From sequence record PP216085: a DNA stretch of 64,000 nucleotides; one strand, written 5' to 3'. The position numbers and the translations under genes are program-made. The stretch is from Escherichia phage vB_EcoM_HZ_ZJUN4. The notes under the pieces are model-generated. The model did no database searches. It was not told where the DNA came from and saw only the letters and a list, made by a program, of their open reading frames with translations. This document shows positions 18,808 to 29,663 of the stretch, piece after piece (the stretch's first letter is position 1; every line of letters starts with the position of its first letter).

Positions 18808-19548
18808 ATGATTAATGACTCTATGACAGTTGAAGAAATTCGTCTTCATTTGGGAATTGCATTAAAGGAAAAAGATTTTGTAATTGACAAAACCGGGGTT
18901 AAAACTATTGAAATTATTGGTGCATCATTTGTAGCAGATGAACCTTTTATTTTTGGCGCTCTTAATGATGAATACATTCAGCGTGAACTTGAATGGTATA
19001 AGTCTCAAAGTTTGTTTGTTAAAGATATTCCAGGTGAAACACCAAAGATTTGGCAGCAGGTAGCATCTTCTAAAGGCGAAATTAACTCGAATTATGGTTG
19101 GGCTATTTGGTCAGAAGATAACTATGCTCAGTATGATATGTGTTTAGCTGAACTTGGTCAAAATCCTGATTCTCGGCGTGGTATCATGATTTATACTCGT
19201 CCATCCATGCAGTTTGACTACAATAAAGATGGTATGTCAGATTTCATGTGTACGAATACAGTACAGTACCTGATTCGTGATAAGAAAGTCAATGCAGTAG
19301 TAAGCATGAGAAGCAATGATTGCTGGGCAGGCTATCGTAATGATTATGCTTGGCAAAAATACGTACTAGATAAATTAGTATCTGACTTGAATGCAGGCGA
19401 CCCATCGCGGCAATATAAAGCAGGTTCTATTATATGGAACGTTGGAAGTCTTCATGTGTACGAAAATCAGTTTTATTTAGTTGACCATTGGTGGAACACC
19501 GGTGAGACTCATATTGCTAAAAAGGATTATACTGGAAAATGGAAGTAA
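18808..19548 (+). CDS. 42: dCMP hydroxymethylase gp42
   Basis: 246 aa; thymidylate-synthase-like fold sequence recognised as T4 gp42. Confidence 0.9.
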   Translation: MINDSMTVEEIRLHLGIALKEKDFVIDKTGVKTIEIIGASFVADEPFIFGALNDEYIQRELEWYKSQSLFVKDIPGETPKIWQQVASSKGEINSNYGWAIWSEDNYAQYDMCLAELGQNPDSRRGIMIYTRPSMQFDYNKDGMSDFMCTNTVQYLIRDKKVNAVVSMRSNDCWAGYRNDYAWQKYVLDKLVSDLNAGDPSRQYKAGSIIWNVGSLHVYENQFYLVDHWWNTGETHIAKKDYTGKWK

Positions 19549-20180
19549 ATGTGCCACATGTTTATAAGTATAAACATCCTAAAACTAAAAAGTGGTATAT
19601 AGGAAGTCATGATGGTCACAACCCGAATTATGATGGTTCGGGTGTAGTTTGGCAACATGCTAAAAAGAAATATGGAATAAAATCCTTTAATAAAGAAATA
19701 TTATATGAAGGACCAATGTTTAGACAGGTTGAAGAAATTATTTTAACTTGTTTAGATGCTGCTAATTGTCCGGATTCATATAATTTAAAGAATGAAGCAT
19801 GGGGAGGAAGTTTTCCAGGCAAATTAAATGGAATGTACGGTAAAAAACTATCTCCAGAAGAAAGATATAAGTGCGGAAATGCCTTTCGTGGAATCAAGCG
19901 TCCTGATCATTCTAAAAGAATGAAAGGCGAAGGTAATCCAATGTATGGTAAAAATGAGCAGGCATATGGAATTATAAATCGAGCCAAGGAAAATTCTGGT
20001 AAAACTTATGAAGAAATTTTTGGCGTAGAAAAAGCTAAAATAATTAAAGAAACGATGTCTAAAAATCGTAAAGGAAAACCTCATAATTTGATAGAAAAAA
20101 TATGTCCGCATTGCGGACTAAAAGGACGTGGGCCAAATATGACAAGATACCATTTTGACAAATGTAAGGCACTTAAATGA
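19539..20180 (+). CDS. GIY-YIG homing endonuclease-like protein (Seg-like)
   Basis: N-terminal VYKYKHPKTKKWYIGS (GIY..YIG variant); C-terminal CPHCG..C zinc finger; overlaps gene 42 stop. Confidence 0.6.
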   Translation: MEVNVPHVYKYKHPKTKKWYIGSHDGHNPNYDGSGVVWQHAKKKYGIKSFNKEILYEGPMFRQVEEIILTCLDAANCPDSYNLKNEAWGGSFPGKLNGMYGKKLSPEERYKCGNAFRGIKRPDHSKRMKGEGNPMYGKNEQAYGIINRAKENSGKTYEEIFGVEKAKIIKETMSKNRKGKPHNLIEKICPHCGLKGRGPNMTRYHFDKCKALK

Positions 20181-21019
20181 TTCAATTCGTAATTCCAAGT
20201 TATCAACGCGTAGGGGCAGTTTCTGCCCTTGATATGTTTCCGACTGATTATGAACCTCATATTGTAGTACGTGAACACGAAGAAAAAGCTTATTATGACG
20301 CTTACGGGTCTAGAGCTAAAATTATAACTATTCCTGATGATGTTAATGGAATTGCTGGAACTCGTAAAGCAATTACTGATATGTATGCAGGTCAACGAAT
20401 CTGGATGATTGACGATGATACTACTATTCGTATGAGTTCAATGCGAAAGAAAGATGATCGTCGCTGCGTAGATAAAATTAACCAGTTAACTCGTGAACAG
20501 TTCTATGAATTGATTCAATACGTTGAAGATGCCATGGATTGCGGGTATTATCATGGTCATGCTCGTTTACCTATTTTTAAAATTACTTCATCTTGGGGTA
20601 ATTATCGTGAAAATTCATATGGATTCACGAATACTTGGTATGACCTCGGAAAACTTGCAACAGAACAAATTGGGTATGGAAAAATTGATTTATGCGAAGA
20701 TATGTATGCATTTCTCAATTTAATTAATCAAGGTTATCCGCATTTGGCCTTGTTCAAATATCTAGTTGTATCTGGAAAAGCACAGGCTCCCGGTGGATGC
20801 AGCTCAATTCGTAGTAATTCAAAACATAATAGAGCGCTTGAGCAAATCAATAGAGAGTTTCCAGAGCAAGCTCGTTGGAAAACTTCTAATATTGAAAAAC
20901 GAAAATCATTGGGTGAAGAAGACGAGCCATTAAAGGTTCTTCGCATGTGTGTTTCACGCAAAGAAAAGTCAGAAGCATTTCATAAGTTTAATGCTATTCA
21001 TCCAATAGCAGTTGATTAA
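20177..21019 (+). CDS. putative glycosyltransferase with DxD motif (WMIDDDTT); candidate T2/T6-type beta-glucosyl-HMC-alpha-glucosyltransferase at the T4 beta-gt locus
   Basis: 280-aa ORF between 42 and uvsX; no resemblance to T4 beta-gt as I recall it; DxD after hydrophobic strand. Confidence 0.4.
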   Translation: MIQFVIPSYQRVGAVSALDMFPTDYEPHIVVREHEEKAYYDAYGSRAKIITIPDDVNGIAGTRKAITDMYAGQRIWMIDDDTTIRMSSMRKKDDRRCVDKINQLTREQFYELIQYVEDAMDCGYYHGHARLPIFKITSSWGNYRENSYGFTNTWYDLGKLATEQIGYGKIDLCEDMYAFLNLINQGYPHLALFKYLVVSGKAQAPGGCSSIRSNSKHNRALEQINREFPEQARWKTSNIEKRKSLGEEDEPLKVLRMCVSRKEKSEAFHKFNAIHPIAVD

Positions 21020-21096
21020 TGCCTAAATTTATTGTGTTATAATTACTTTATCTTTAACCAGTGAGGAAAATATAATGATGCCTATGGAAAAAATGA

Positions 21097-22278
21097 ATGT
21101 CTATTGCAGATTTAAAATCCCGTTTGATTAAAGCTTCCACTTCTAAAATGACTGCTGAACTGACTACATCTAAATTCTTTAATGAAAAGGATGTAATCCG
21201 TACAAAAATCCCAATGCTTAATATCGCTATTTCAGGTGCGATTGACGGTGGTATGCAGTCTGGTTTAACCATTTTTGCAGGTCCTTCTAAACACTTTAAA
21301 TCAAATATGTCTTTGACTATGGTTGCGGCGTATTTGAACAAATATCCTGACGCGGTATGTCTATTTTATGATAGCGAATTTGGTATTACTCCAGCTTATT
21401 TGCGATCCATGGGAGTTGACCCGGAACGAGTAATTCATACACCAATCCAGTCAGTTGAACAACTGAAAATTGATATGGTGAATCAGCTTGAAGCTATTGA
21501 GCGCGGTGAAAAAGTTATTGTATTCATCGACTCAATCGGTAATATGGCTTCTAAGAAAGAAACGGAAGATGCCTTGAATGAAAAATCTGTGGCAGATATG
21601 ACTCGTGCTAAATCACTGAAGTCATTATTCCGTATTGTTACTCCTTATTTTAGCATTAAAAATATTCCATGCGTTGCGGTTAACCATACAATTGAAACAA
21701 TTGAAATGTTTAGTAAAACCGTGATGACAGGTGGTACAGGCGTAATGTATTCGGCTGATACTGTATTCATTATCGGTAAGCGTCAGATTAAAGATGGTTC
21801 TGATCTTCAGGGGTATCAATTTGTTCTAAATGTAGAAAAATCTCGTACCGTTAAAGAAAAAAGTAAATTCTTTATTGATGTTAAATTTGACGGTGGTATC
21901 GATCCTTATTCTGGATTGTTAGATATGGCTCTTGAATTAGGATTTGTGGTAAAACCTAAAAATGGCTGGTATGCTCGTGAATTTCTTGATGAAGAAACCG
22001 GCGAGATGATTCGTGAAGAAAAATCTTGGCGTGCAAAAGATACCAATTGCACTACATTCTGGGGTCCTTTATTTAAGCATCAACCATTCCGAGATGCTAT
22101 TAAACGTGCTTATCAGTTAGGTGCTATTGATAGTAATGAAATTGTTGAAGCTGAAGTTGATGAATTGATTAACTCAAAGGTTGAAAAATTTAAATCTCCA
22201 GAAAGTAAAAGTAAATCAGCAGCTGATTTAGAAACTGACCTAGAACAGTTAAGTGATATGGAAGAATTTAATGAATAA
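21097..22278 (+). CDS. uvsX: recombinase UvsX (RecA-like)
   Basis: 393 aa; MSIADLKSRLIKASTSK... and Walker A GPSKHFKS recognised as UvsX. Confidence 0.93.
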   Translation: MSIADLKSRLIKASTSKMTAELTTSKFFNEKDVIRTKIPMLNIAISGAIDGGMQSGLTIFAGPSKHFKSNMSLTMVAAYLNKYPDAVCLFYDSEFGITPAYLRSMGVDPERVIHTPIQSVEQLKIDMVNQLEAIERGEKVIVFIDSIGNMASKKETEDALNEKSVADMTRAKSLKSLFRIVTPYFSIKNIPCVAVNHTIETIEMFSKTVMTGGTGVMYSADTVFIIGKRQIKDGSDLQGYQFVLNVEKSRTVKEKSKFFIDVKFDGGIDPYSGLLDMALELGFVVKPKNGWYAREFLDEETGEMIREEKSWRAKDTNCTTFWGPLFKHQPFRDAIKRAYQLGAIDSNEIVEAEVDELINSKVEKFKSPESKSKSAADLETDLEQLSDMEEFNE

Positions 22279-22615
22279 AGATGATTTAGATTTAGATCTA
22301 GAAATTATCGACGAATCCCCCTCTTCGGAGGGGGAAGAAGAAAGAAAAGAACGTCTTTTTAATGAATCTCTTAAGATAATTAAATCTGCCATGGAAAATG
22401 TTATCCAGGAGATTGTCATTAAACTAGAAGATGGTTCTACACACATTGTGTATGTGACAAAATTAGATTGGGTTGATGGAAAAGTCGTAATGGACTTTGC
22501 TGTTCTTGACCAAGAAAGAAAAGCTGAGTTAGCTCCTCATGTAGAAAAATGTATTACAATGCAACTACAAGATGCATTTAATAAAAGGTCAAAGAAAAAA
22601 TTTAAATTCTTTTAA
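22271..22615 (+). CDS. 40: head vertex assembly chaperone gp40
   Basis: 114 aa from ATG 22271 overlapping uvsX stop; position between uvsX and 41. Confidence 0.65.
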   Translation: MNKDDLDLDLEIIDESPSSEGEEERKERLFNESLKIIKSAMENVIQEIVIKLEDGSTHIVYVTKLDWVDGKVVMDFAVLDQERKAELAPHVEKCITMQLQDAFNKRSKKKFKFF

Positions 22616-22624
22616 GGAGTAAGT

Positions 22625-24052
22625 GTGGTAGAAATTATTCTTTCTCATCTCATATTTGATCAAGCTTATTTTTCAAAAGTTTGGCCATATATGGATTCAG
22701 AATATTTTGAAAGTGGTCCAGCTAAAAATACATTCAAATTAATTAAATCACATGTTAATGAGTATCATAGCGTTCCATCTATTAATGCGTTAAATGTTGC
22801 ATTAGAAAATAGTTCATTTACTGAAACAGAATATTCTGGTGTAAAAACACTTATTTCAAAACTAACCGATTCTCCGGAAGACCACAGCTGGTTAGTAAAA
22901 GAAACAGAAAAATATGTTCAGCAAAGGGCGATGTTTAACGCCACATCTAAAATAATTGAAATTCAAACCAATGCTGAGCTTCCTCCAGAAAAACGAAATA
23001 AGAAAATGCCGGATGTAGGTGCTATTCCTGACATCATGCGCCAAGCATTATCAATTTCATTTGATAGTTACGTTGGTCATGATTGGATGGATGACTATGA
23101 AGCACGTTGGCTATCTTATATGAATAAAGCTCGTAAGGTTCCATTTAAACTCAAAATTCTAAATAAAATTACTAAAGGCGGAGCTGAGACTGGAACACTG
23201 AACGTTTTAATGGCTGGTGTTAACGTTGGTAAGTCATTAGGTCTATGTTCATTGGCAGCAGATTATTTGCAGCTCGGTCATAATGTTCTTTACATTTCAA
23301 TGGAAATGGCAGAAGAAGTCTGTGCTAAACGTATTGACGCTAATATGCTTGACGTTTCTCTTGATGACATTGATGATGGGCATATTTCTTACGCTGAATA
23401 TAAAGGAAAAATGGAAAAATGGCGTGAGAAATCTACTCTCGGTCGTTTAATCGTTAAACAGTATCCTACTGGTGGTGCAGACGCTAATACATTTCGTTCT
23501 CTTTTGAACGAATTGAAGCTCAAGAAGAATTTTGTTCCAACAATCATTATTGTTGACTATCTAGGTATTTGTAAATCTTGTCGCATCAGAGTTTACTCAG
23601 AAAATAGTTACACAACTGTTAAAGCTATCGCAGAGGAATTGCGTGCTCTGGCTGTTGAAACCGAAACTGTTCTTTGGACTGCAGCACAGGTTGGTAAGCA
23701 GGCTTGGGATTCTTCTGATGTTAACATGAGCGATATTGCAGAATCCGCCGGTCTTCCAGCAACAGCCGATTTTATGCTTGCGGTCATTGAAACCGAGGAG
23801 TTAGCAGCTGCTGAACAACAACTCATTAAGCAAATCAAATCACGATATGGTGATAAGAATAAATGGAATAAGTTTTTGATGGGTGTTCAAAAAGGAAATC
23901 AAAAATGGGTAGAAATTGAGCAAGATTCTACTCCAACCGAAGTGAACGAAGTAGCAGGTTCACAGCAGATTCAGGCTGAGCAGAATCGCTATCAAAGAAA
24001 CGAATCTACTCGAGCCCAGTTAGATGCTTTGGCAAATGAATTAAAATTTTAG
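22625..24052 (+). CDS. 41: replicative DNA helicase gp41 (DnaB-like)
   Basis: 475 aa; Walker A GVNVGKS; GTG start; recognised as T4 gp41. Confidence 0.93.
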   Translation: MVEIILSHLIFDQAYFSKVWPYMDSEYFESGPAKNTFKLIKSHVNEYHSVPSINALNVALENSSFTETEYSGVKTLISKLTDSPEDHSWLVKETEKYVQQRAMFNATSKIIEIQTNAELPPEKRNKKMPDVGAIPDIMRQALSISFDSYVGHDWMDDYEARWLSYMNKARKVPFKLKILNKITKGGAETGTLNVLMAGVNVGKSLGLCSLAADYLQLGHNVLYISMEMAEEVCAKRIDANMLDVSLDDIDDGHISYAEYKGKMEKWREKSTLGRLIVKQYPTGGADANTFRSLLNELKLKKNFVPTIIIVDYLGICKSCRIRVYSENSYTTVKAIAEELRALAVETETVLWTAAQVGKQAWDSSDVNMSDIAESAGLPATADFMLAVIETEELAAAEQQLIKQIKSRYGDKNKWNKFLMGVQKGNQKWVEIEQDSTPTEVNEVAGSQQIQAEQNRYQRNESTRAQLDALANELKF

Positions 24053-24083
24053 TTTACAAGCTGACAGGACTATGGTATAGTAG
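24048..24083 (+). promoter_or_regulatory. T4-type early promoter (GTTTACA 24052-24058, TATAGT -10 24076-24081)
   Basis: Consensus-like -35 GTTTAC and TGGTATAGT. Confidence 0.55.
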
Positions 24084-24110
24084 TCTTGTTGGTTAAATGA
24101 GGAGATTGTT

Positions 24111-24293
24111 ATGGAATTGGTAAAGGTAGTTTTTATGGGGTGGTTTAAGAATGAAAGCATGTTTACTAAAGAAATCACAATGATGAAAGACGACGTTCAA
24201 TGGGCTACTACTCAATATGCTGAAGTTAATAAAGCATTAGTTAAAGCTTTCATTGATGACAAGAAAGTATGCGAAGTGGATTGCCGAGGATAA
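24111..24293 (+). CDS. dmd: Dmd, inhibitor of host RnlA/LsoA mRNA endoribonuclease toxins
   Basis: 60 aa MELVKVVFMGWFKNESMFTKEITMMKDD... recognised as T4 Dmd. Confidence 0.8.
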   Translation: MELVKVVFMGWFKNESMFTKEITMMKDDVQWATTQYAEVNKALVKAFIDDKKVCEVDCRG

Positions 24294-24294
24294 T

Positions 24295-24549
24295 ATGCAC
24301 ATTGTTTTATTTAAACCTACTCCATACAGTGAATCATACTGTGTTAGGAAAAATACAAAATTTAAATTACCTATTTCATCCGCATGGGAATTGGTATTAG
24401 ATATTCCAGCAGAAGAAAGCCCTCCATTCGGTCGAGTGGAATTTATTGAGTTTGTTGTACGTCCTACGAAGCGACAGATTCGCCAATGCAAAAGATACTT
24501 TCGTAAAATAGTCAAGTTAGAGAAACAGTTACTGATGCTAGTAAAATAG
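24295..24549 (+). CDS. hypothetical protein (T4 61.4 position)
   Basis: ORF with GAGGA SD before ATG 24295; track start 24253 overlaps dmd. Confidence 0.45.
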   Translation: MHIVLFKPTPYSESYCVRKNTKFKLPISSAWELVLDIPAEESPPFGRVEFIEFVVRPTKRQIRQCKRYFRKIVKLEKQLLMLVK

Positions 24550-24583
24550 TAGTTTACAAGCTGATAGAGTTGTGTTATAGTAA
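24548..24583 (+). promoter_or_regulatory. T4-type early promoter (GTTTACA 24552-24558, TATAGT 24576-24581)
   Basis: Near duplicate of promoter at 24048. Confidence 0.55.
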
Positions 24584-24612
24584 TTCTATCAGCTAATCGC
24601 GGAGAAAAGAAA

Positions 24613-24867
24613 ATGATGCTAGTTAATAGAGAATATCAGTTTAAATCAGAAGAAGATTTGGAAAAATTCGCAAGTGGTTGTGAACTGAATAGACGCACAG
24701 CTAAAGTCATAGGATTAAAACCCTTTACAGTTCTAGATTGTGAAGTTTCTAAATTCCGCAGAGGGTGTTCTATTAGCGGTCATGCTCTGGTTGATGGGAA
24801 CACATTTTTCTTTGTTTTTAGCGTCAGAGAACTTTTATTGATTAACGAACTTGAGGAAATAAAATAG
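24613..24867 (+). CDS. hypothetical protein
   Basis: 84-aa ORF downstream of early promoter. Confidence 0.5.
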   Translation: MMLVNREYQFKSEEDLEKFASGCELNRRTAKVIGLKPFTVLDCEVSKFRRGCSISGHALVDGNTFFFVFSVRELLLINELEEIK

Positions 24868-24924
24868 TTTACTTTTGTTGGAAATTGAGATACTATATAA
24901 ACATAAACTACTGAGGAGATTATC

Positions 24925-25218
24925 ATGAAAAAATTTGTTTTTGCTGCAATTTTTGCTTTGACTTCTTGTGCTGCTCAGCCTGCTATGGCGGGTTATGATA
25001 AAGATTTGTGCGAATGGTCTATGACTGCAGATCAGACTGAGGTTGAAACTCAAATTGAAGCGGATATTATGAATATCGTTGAGCGTGATCGTCCTGAAAT
25101 GAAAGCTGAAGTACAAAAACAGCTTAAATCTGGTGGTGTAATGCAGTATAATTATGTTCTGTATTGCGATAAAAACTTCAATAATAAAAATATCATCGCT
25201 GAAGTGGTAGGTGAATAA
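24925..25218 (+). CDS. sp: Spackle (Sp), periplasmic superinfection-exclusion / lysozyme-inhibitor protein
   Basis: 97 aa with signal peptide MKKFVFAAIFALTSCAAQPAMA; recognised as T4 Sp. Confidence 0.8.
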   Translation: MKKFVFAAIFALTSCAAQPAMAGYDKDLCEWSMTADQTEVETQIEADIMNIVERDRPEMKAEVQKQLKSGGVMQYNYVLYCDKNFNNKNIIAEVVGE

Positions 25219-25829
25219 TGCTTTATCAAATGCACAAGTGCAAAGACACGTACAAATATAAAGGTGCCCAGTGTTATATCATTAATCGTGAAAACGCAGG
25301 TCCAGGTCATTCGCATCAATCGCGGTTTGTATTCGTTAAAAACAACGAAATTATAGCAGTTGCTAATTACATGCTTGCGACTAGTGATGTTAATCCGGTG
25401 CCTTTCACATATTATAATCTAATGGACTTGGCGTACGATTATAATTGGTTTAATCATGATACTTTGGCTCATATTGAAGGTGTAGGATTTGATATCTCTT
25501 ATTCTAGTTACTCGTTGTGTCCTATGAGCCGAGCTCATAAAGAGCCTGAATATTTTTCATTTCGTCGGCGTGTAGACTTTAAACGCAGCACAGAGTATGT
25601 CGGTGGAATCTTTGTTAAAGATAATCGAATTACTCGCATTATTTATCCTTTGGGCTGTGGTCAAAAAGATATTGATGTTGATTTAGACTTTACTGAAAAC
25701 ATCATTAATCATATTGCTTCTGTGTATTTTGATATTGATCACAAAATTGTAATATGTGGATATGAATTACCATCAGAAAAACAGTCTATTGATGACCAAA
25801 TTTTTAATGCTTTTATGAATAGAGGTTAA
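25218..25829 (+). CDS. hypothetical protein (T4 61.1 position)
   Basis: 203-aa ORF, TAATG overlap with sp. Confidence 0.55.
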   Translation: MLYQMHKCKDTYKYKGAQCYIINRENAGPGHSHQSRFVFVKNNEIIAVANYMLATSDVNPVPFTYYNLMDLAYDYNWFNHDTLAHIEGVGFDISYSSYSLCPMSRAHKEPEYFSFRRRVDFKRSTEYVGGIFVKDNRITRIIYPLGCGQKDIDVDLDFTENIINHIASVYFDIDHKIVICGYELPSEKQSIDDQIFNAFMNRG

Positions 25830-25830
25830 T

Positions 25831-25995
25831 ATGAAAACGTTTAAAGAATTTATCAAAGAAGATATGGTCGCTGGAGATTCAGGTGGTAATCCTGAAAATA
25901 TCTCTACTGGAACAACGTCAGGCGCTGCAGTAAATAAAGGTCCTGAACAGATTCCTAAAAAGAAAAAAGAGGAATCTAAAGAAAAAGAAGAGTAA
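25831..25995 (+). CDS. hypothetical small acidic/lysine-rich protein (54 aa)
   Basis: ATG 25831 after GAGG; not in ORF track. Confidence 0.3.
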   Translation: MKTFKEFIKEDMVAGDSGGNPENISTGTTSGAAVNKGPEQIPKKKKEESKEKEE

Positions 25996-25998
25996 AAA

Positions 25999-27027
25999 AT
26001 GTCATCAATACCTTGGATTGATAATGAGTTTGCATATCGTGCGCTAGCTCATTTACCTAAATTCACACAAGTAAATAATAGTTCAACTTTTAAATTGCGG
26101 TTTAGATGCCCTGTTTGTGGAGATTCAAAAACCGACCAAAATAAAGCCCGTGGATGGTATTACGGCGATAATAATGAAGGAAATATTCATTGTTATAACT
26201 GTAACTATCATGCACCAATCGGAATATATTTAAAGGAGTTTGAACCTGATTTATATCGTGAGTATATCTTTGAAATAAGAAAAGAAAAAGGTAAAAGTCG
26301 TCTAGTAGAAAAACCTAAAGAACTTCCTAAACAACCCGAGAAGAAAATAATTAAATCTCTTCCGTCATGCATTAGATTAGATAAACTGGCGGAAGACCAT
26401 CCAATTATAAAATACGTAAAAGCTCGCTGTATTCCAAAGGATAAATGGAAATATCTTTGGTTTACAACCGAATGGCCTAAATTAGTTAATAGTATAGCAC
26501 CAGGAACATATAAAAAGGAAATACCTGAGCCTCGTCTTGTTATTCCAATTTATAATGCTAATGGAAAAGCTGAGTCTTTTCAAGGACGTGCATTAAAGAA
26601 AGATGCTCCTCAAAAATATATCACCATCAAAGCTTATCCTGAGGCAACAAAAATCTATGGAGTTGAACGAGTTAAAGATGGTGATGTATATGTTCTAGAA
26701 GGACCTATAGATTCACTTTTTATTGAAAATGGTATAGCTATTACGGGTGGTCAATTAGACCTAGAAATTGTTCCATTTAAAGATAGACGTGTATGGGTTT
26801 TAGATAATGAACCTCGTCACCCTGACACTATTAAACGAATGACTAAATTAGTTGATGCAGGAGAAAGGGTTATGTTTTGGGATAAATCTCCCTGGAAATC
26901 AAAAGATGTTAATGATATGATTAGAAAGGAAGGTGCAACCCCTGAACAAATTATGGAATATATGAAAAATAATATTGCCCAAGGGTTGATGGCTAAAATG
27001 CGGCTATCTAAATATGCTAAGATTTAA
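25999..27027 (+). CDS. 61: DNA primase gp61
   Basis: 342 aa; N-terminal zinc ribbon CPVCGDS..CYNCNYH; TOPRIM-like region. Confidence 0.9.
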   Translation: MSSIPWIDNEFAYRALAHLPKFTQVNNSSTFKLRFRCPVCGDSKTDQNKARGWYYGDNNEGNIHCYNCNYHAPIGIYLKEFEPDLYREYIFEIRKEKGKSRLVEKPKELPKQPEKKIIKSLPSCIRLDKLAEDHPIIKYVKARCIPKDKWKYLWFTTEWPKLVNSIAPGTYKKEIPEPRLVIPIYNANGKAESFQGRALKKDAPQKYITIKAYPEATKIYGVERVKDGDVYVLEGPIDSLFIENGIAITGGQLDLEIVPFKDRRVWVLDNEPRHPDTIKRMTKLVDAGERVMFWDKSPWKSKDVNDMIRKEGATPEQIMEYMKNNIAQGLMAKMRLSKYAKI

Positions 27028-27224
27028 ATTAACCCAACCAAAGCAAATGCTAAATCTACGAATGTATCAAGAGTAATTACTGGAATACTAACGCCATGAG
27101 CAATAGCAACTGGCGATAAAACAAAATTCCAAAGTAAAATTCCTATCATAGCAGAAATAGTAAAAGCTATACGTTTTTTATTACCTTTGATGGCATTAAC
27201 AAGTGCCATTAATTTTTGTACCAT
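27024..27224 (-). CDS. hypothetical small membrane protein, antisense to the early gene block
   Basis: 66-aa hydrophobic ORF with strong AGGAGG SD 7 nt before ATG; late-promoter-like GATAAATA just upstream on minus strand; stop overlaps gene 61 stop. Confidence 0.5.
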   Translation of the reverse strand: MVQKLMALVNAIKGNKKRIAFTISAMIGILLWNFVLSPVAIAHGVSIPVITLDTFVDLAFALVGLI

Positions 27225-27269
27225 GCGTCGTCCTCCTTTAAATTAAATATTTATCGCAAATTTTACAAA

Positions 27270-27305
27270 ATTTGTTTACTTTCTCAGCTTGTTGTGGTAT
27301 TATAA
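27270..27305 (+). promoter_or_regulatory. T4-type early promoter (GTTTAC 27274-27279, TATTAT 27298-27303)
   Basis: Consensus-like elements 25 nt upstream of ATG 27329. Confidence 0.55.
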
Positions 27306-27328
27306 AATAAACTGCTGAGGATAATATA

Positions 27329-28668
<1,340 letters not shown>

Positions 28669-28728
28669 CTGCTTATATATTCAAATGATATAATTATTTA
28701 ACTTATTAATGAATTGAAAGGAAAACTA

Positions 28729-29247
28729 ATGGCTCACTTTAATGAATGTGCTCATTTGATCGAAGGTGTTGATAAAGCAAATCGTGCATATGCTGAGAAT
28801 ATTATGCACAATATTGACCCACTGCAGGTTATGCTTGATATGCAGAAATCTTTACAGATTCGCTTGGCTAATGATAAGCCAGAAACAAATCGTCATCCTG
28901 ATTCGCTTGAAACTGCAGGAGAAGTTCTTGCTTGGTTGCGAAACCAAGACGATTATATCGCAGACGAAACTCGCGAGCTATATACTTCTCTTGGCGGTAT
29001 GAGTAATGGCGAAAAAGAAGCTTCTGCTGTATGGAAACCTTGGAAGAAACGTTATTCTGAAATGCAATCCAAGAAAATTCAAGATTTATCTCCTGAAGAT
29101 CAACTTGAAATTAAATTTGAACTAATTGACCAATTTCACTTTTTCATGAATAAATTCATTGCTCTTGGAATGTCAGCTGAAGAAATCTTTAAACTTTATT
29201 ATCTGAAAAATGCCGAAAACTTCGCTCGTCAAGACCGAGGCTATTAA
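28729..29247 (+). CDS. 56: dCTP pyrophosphatase gp56
   Basis: MAHFNECAHLIEGVDKAN... recognised as T4 gp56; AAGGAAAA SD; MazG-like. Confidence 0.85.
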   Translation: MAHFNECAHLIEGVDKANRAYAENIMHNIDPLQVMLDMQKSLQIRLANDKPETNRHPDSLETAGEVLAWLRNQDDYIADETRELYTSLGGMSNGEKEASAVWKPWKKRYSEMQSKKIQDLSPEDQLEIKFELIDQFHFFMNKFIALGMSAEEIFKLYYLKNAENFARQDRGY

Positions 29248-29414
29248 TGGCTCGTTTAAATAAACGTCAGCTTAAGAAAGCCCATAAGAAACGTATTGAC
29301 CAGCTATTTAAAGATTATAACAAAGAGCTCGTGTGTGAGCTCTTAACTAATCAACTTCGTATGGTTGAAATTATAGAAGGTCCTGACGAAATTTTGTCAG
29401 TGAAGAAGCTTTAA
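29247..29414 (+). CDS. hypothetical small basic protein (55 aa)
   Basis: ATG overlaps gene 56 stop (TAATG); not in track. Confidence 0.35.
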   Translation: MARLNKRQLKKAHKKRIDQLFKDYNKELVCELLTNQLRMVEIIEGPDEILSVKKL

Positions 29415-29443
29415 AATTAATTATAGAGCATTCAAAATGAAAT

Positions 29444-29647
29444 TTGATTTTTTATGCATGGCAAAAAGCCGGGAGACCGGCTAGTCGAGCATTTGGTTCC
29501 GATGGATATAATATTAGAGCCCATTGGAAATTTAATGCTCCAGAAGATTATTCTCCGGTAATTATTAACGGCGATGTTGTTATATTAACTAAAATCGGGT
29601 ATTTTAACGTTCCGCGAGAATTTATTATAAATAATCATGTAATTTAA
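29444..29647 (+). CDS. hypothetical protein
   Basis: 67-aa ORF between 56 and soc. Confidence 0.35.
   Translation: MIFYAWQKAGRPASRAFGSDGYNIRAHWKFNAPEDYSPVIINGDVVILTKIGYFNVPREFIINNHVI
29626..29633 (+). promoter_or_regulatory. T4 late promoter TATAAATA upstream of soc
   Basis: Exact TATAAATA about 30 nt upstream of soc ATG. Confidence 0.6.
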
Positions 29648-29663
29648 ATAAAAGGAGAATTAC

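Noticed and set aside
28766-29002. Alternative-frame ORF (78 aa) inside gene 56
   Set aside because: Fully contained in the dCTPase gene in another frame; no SD.
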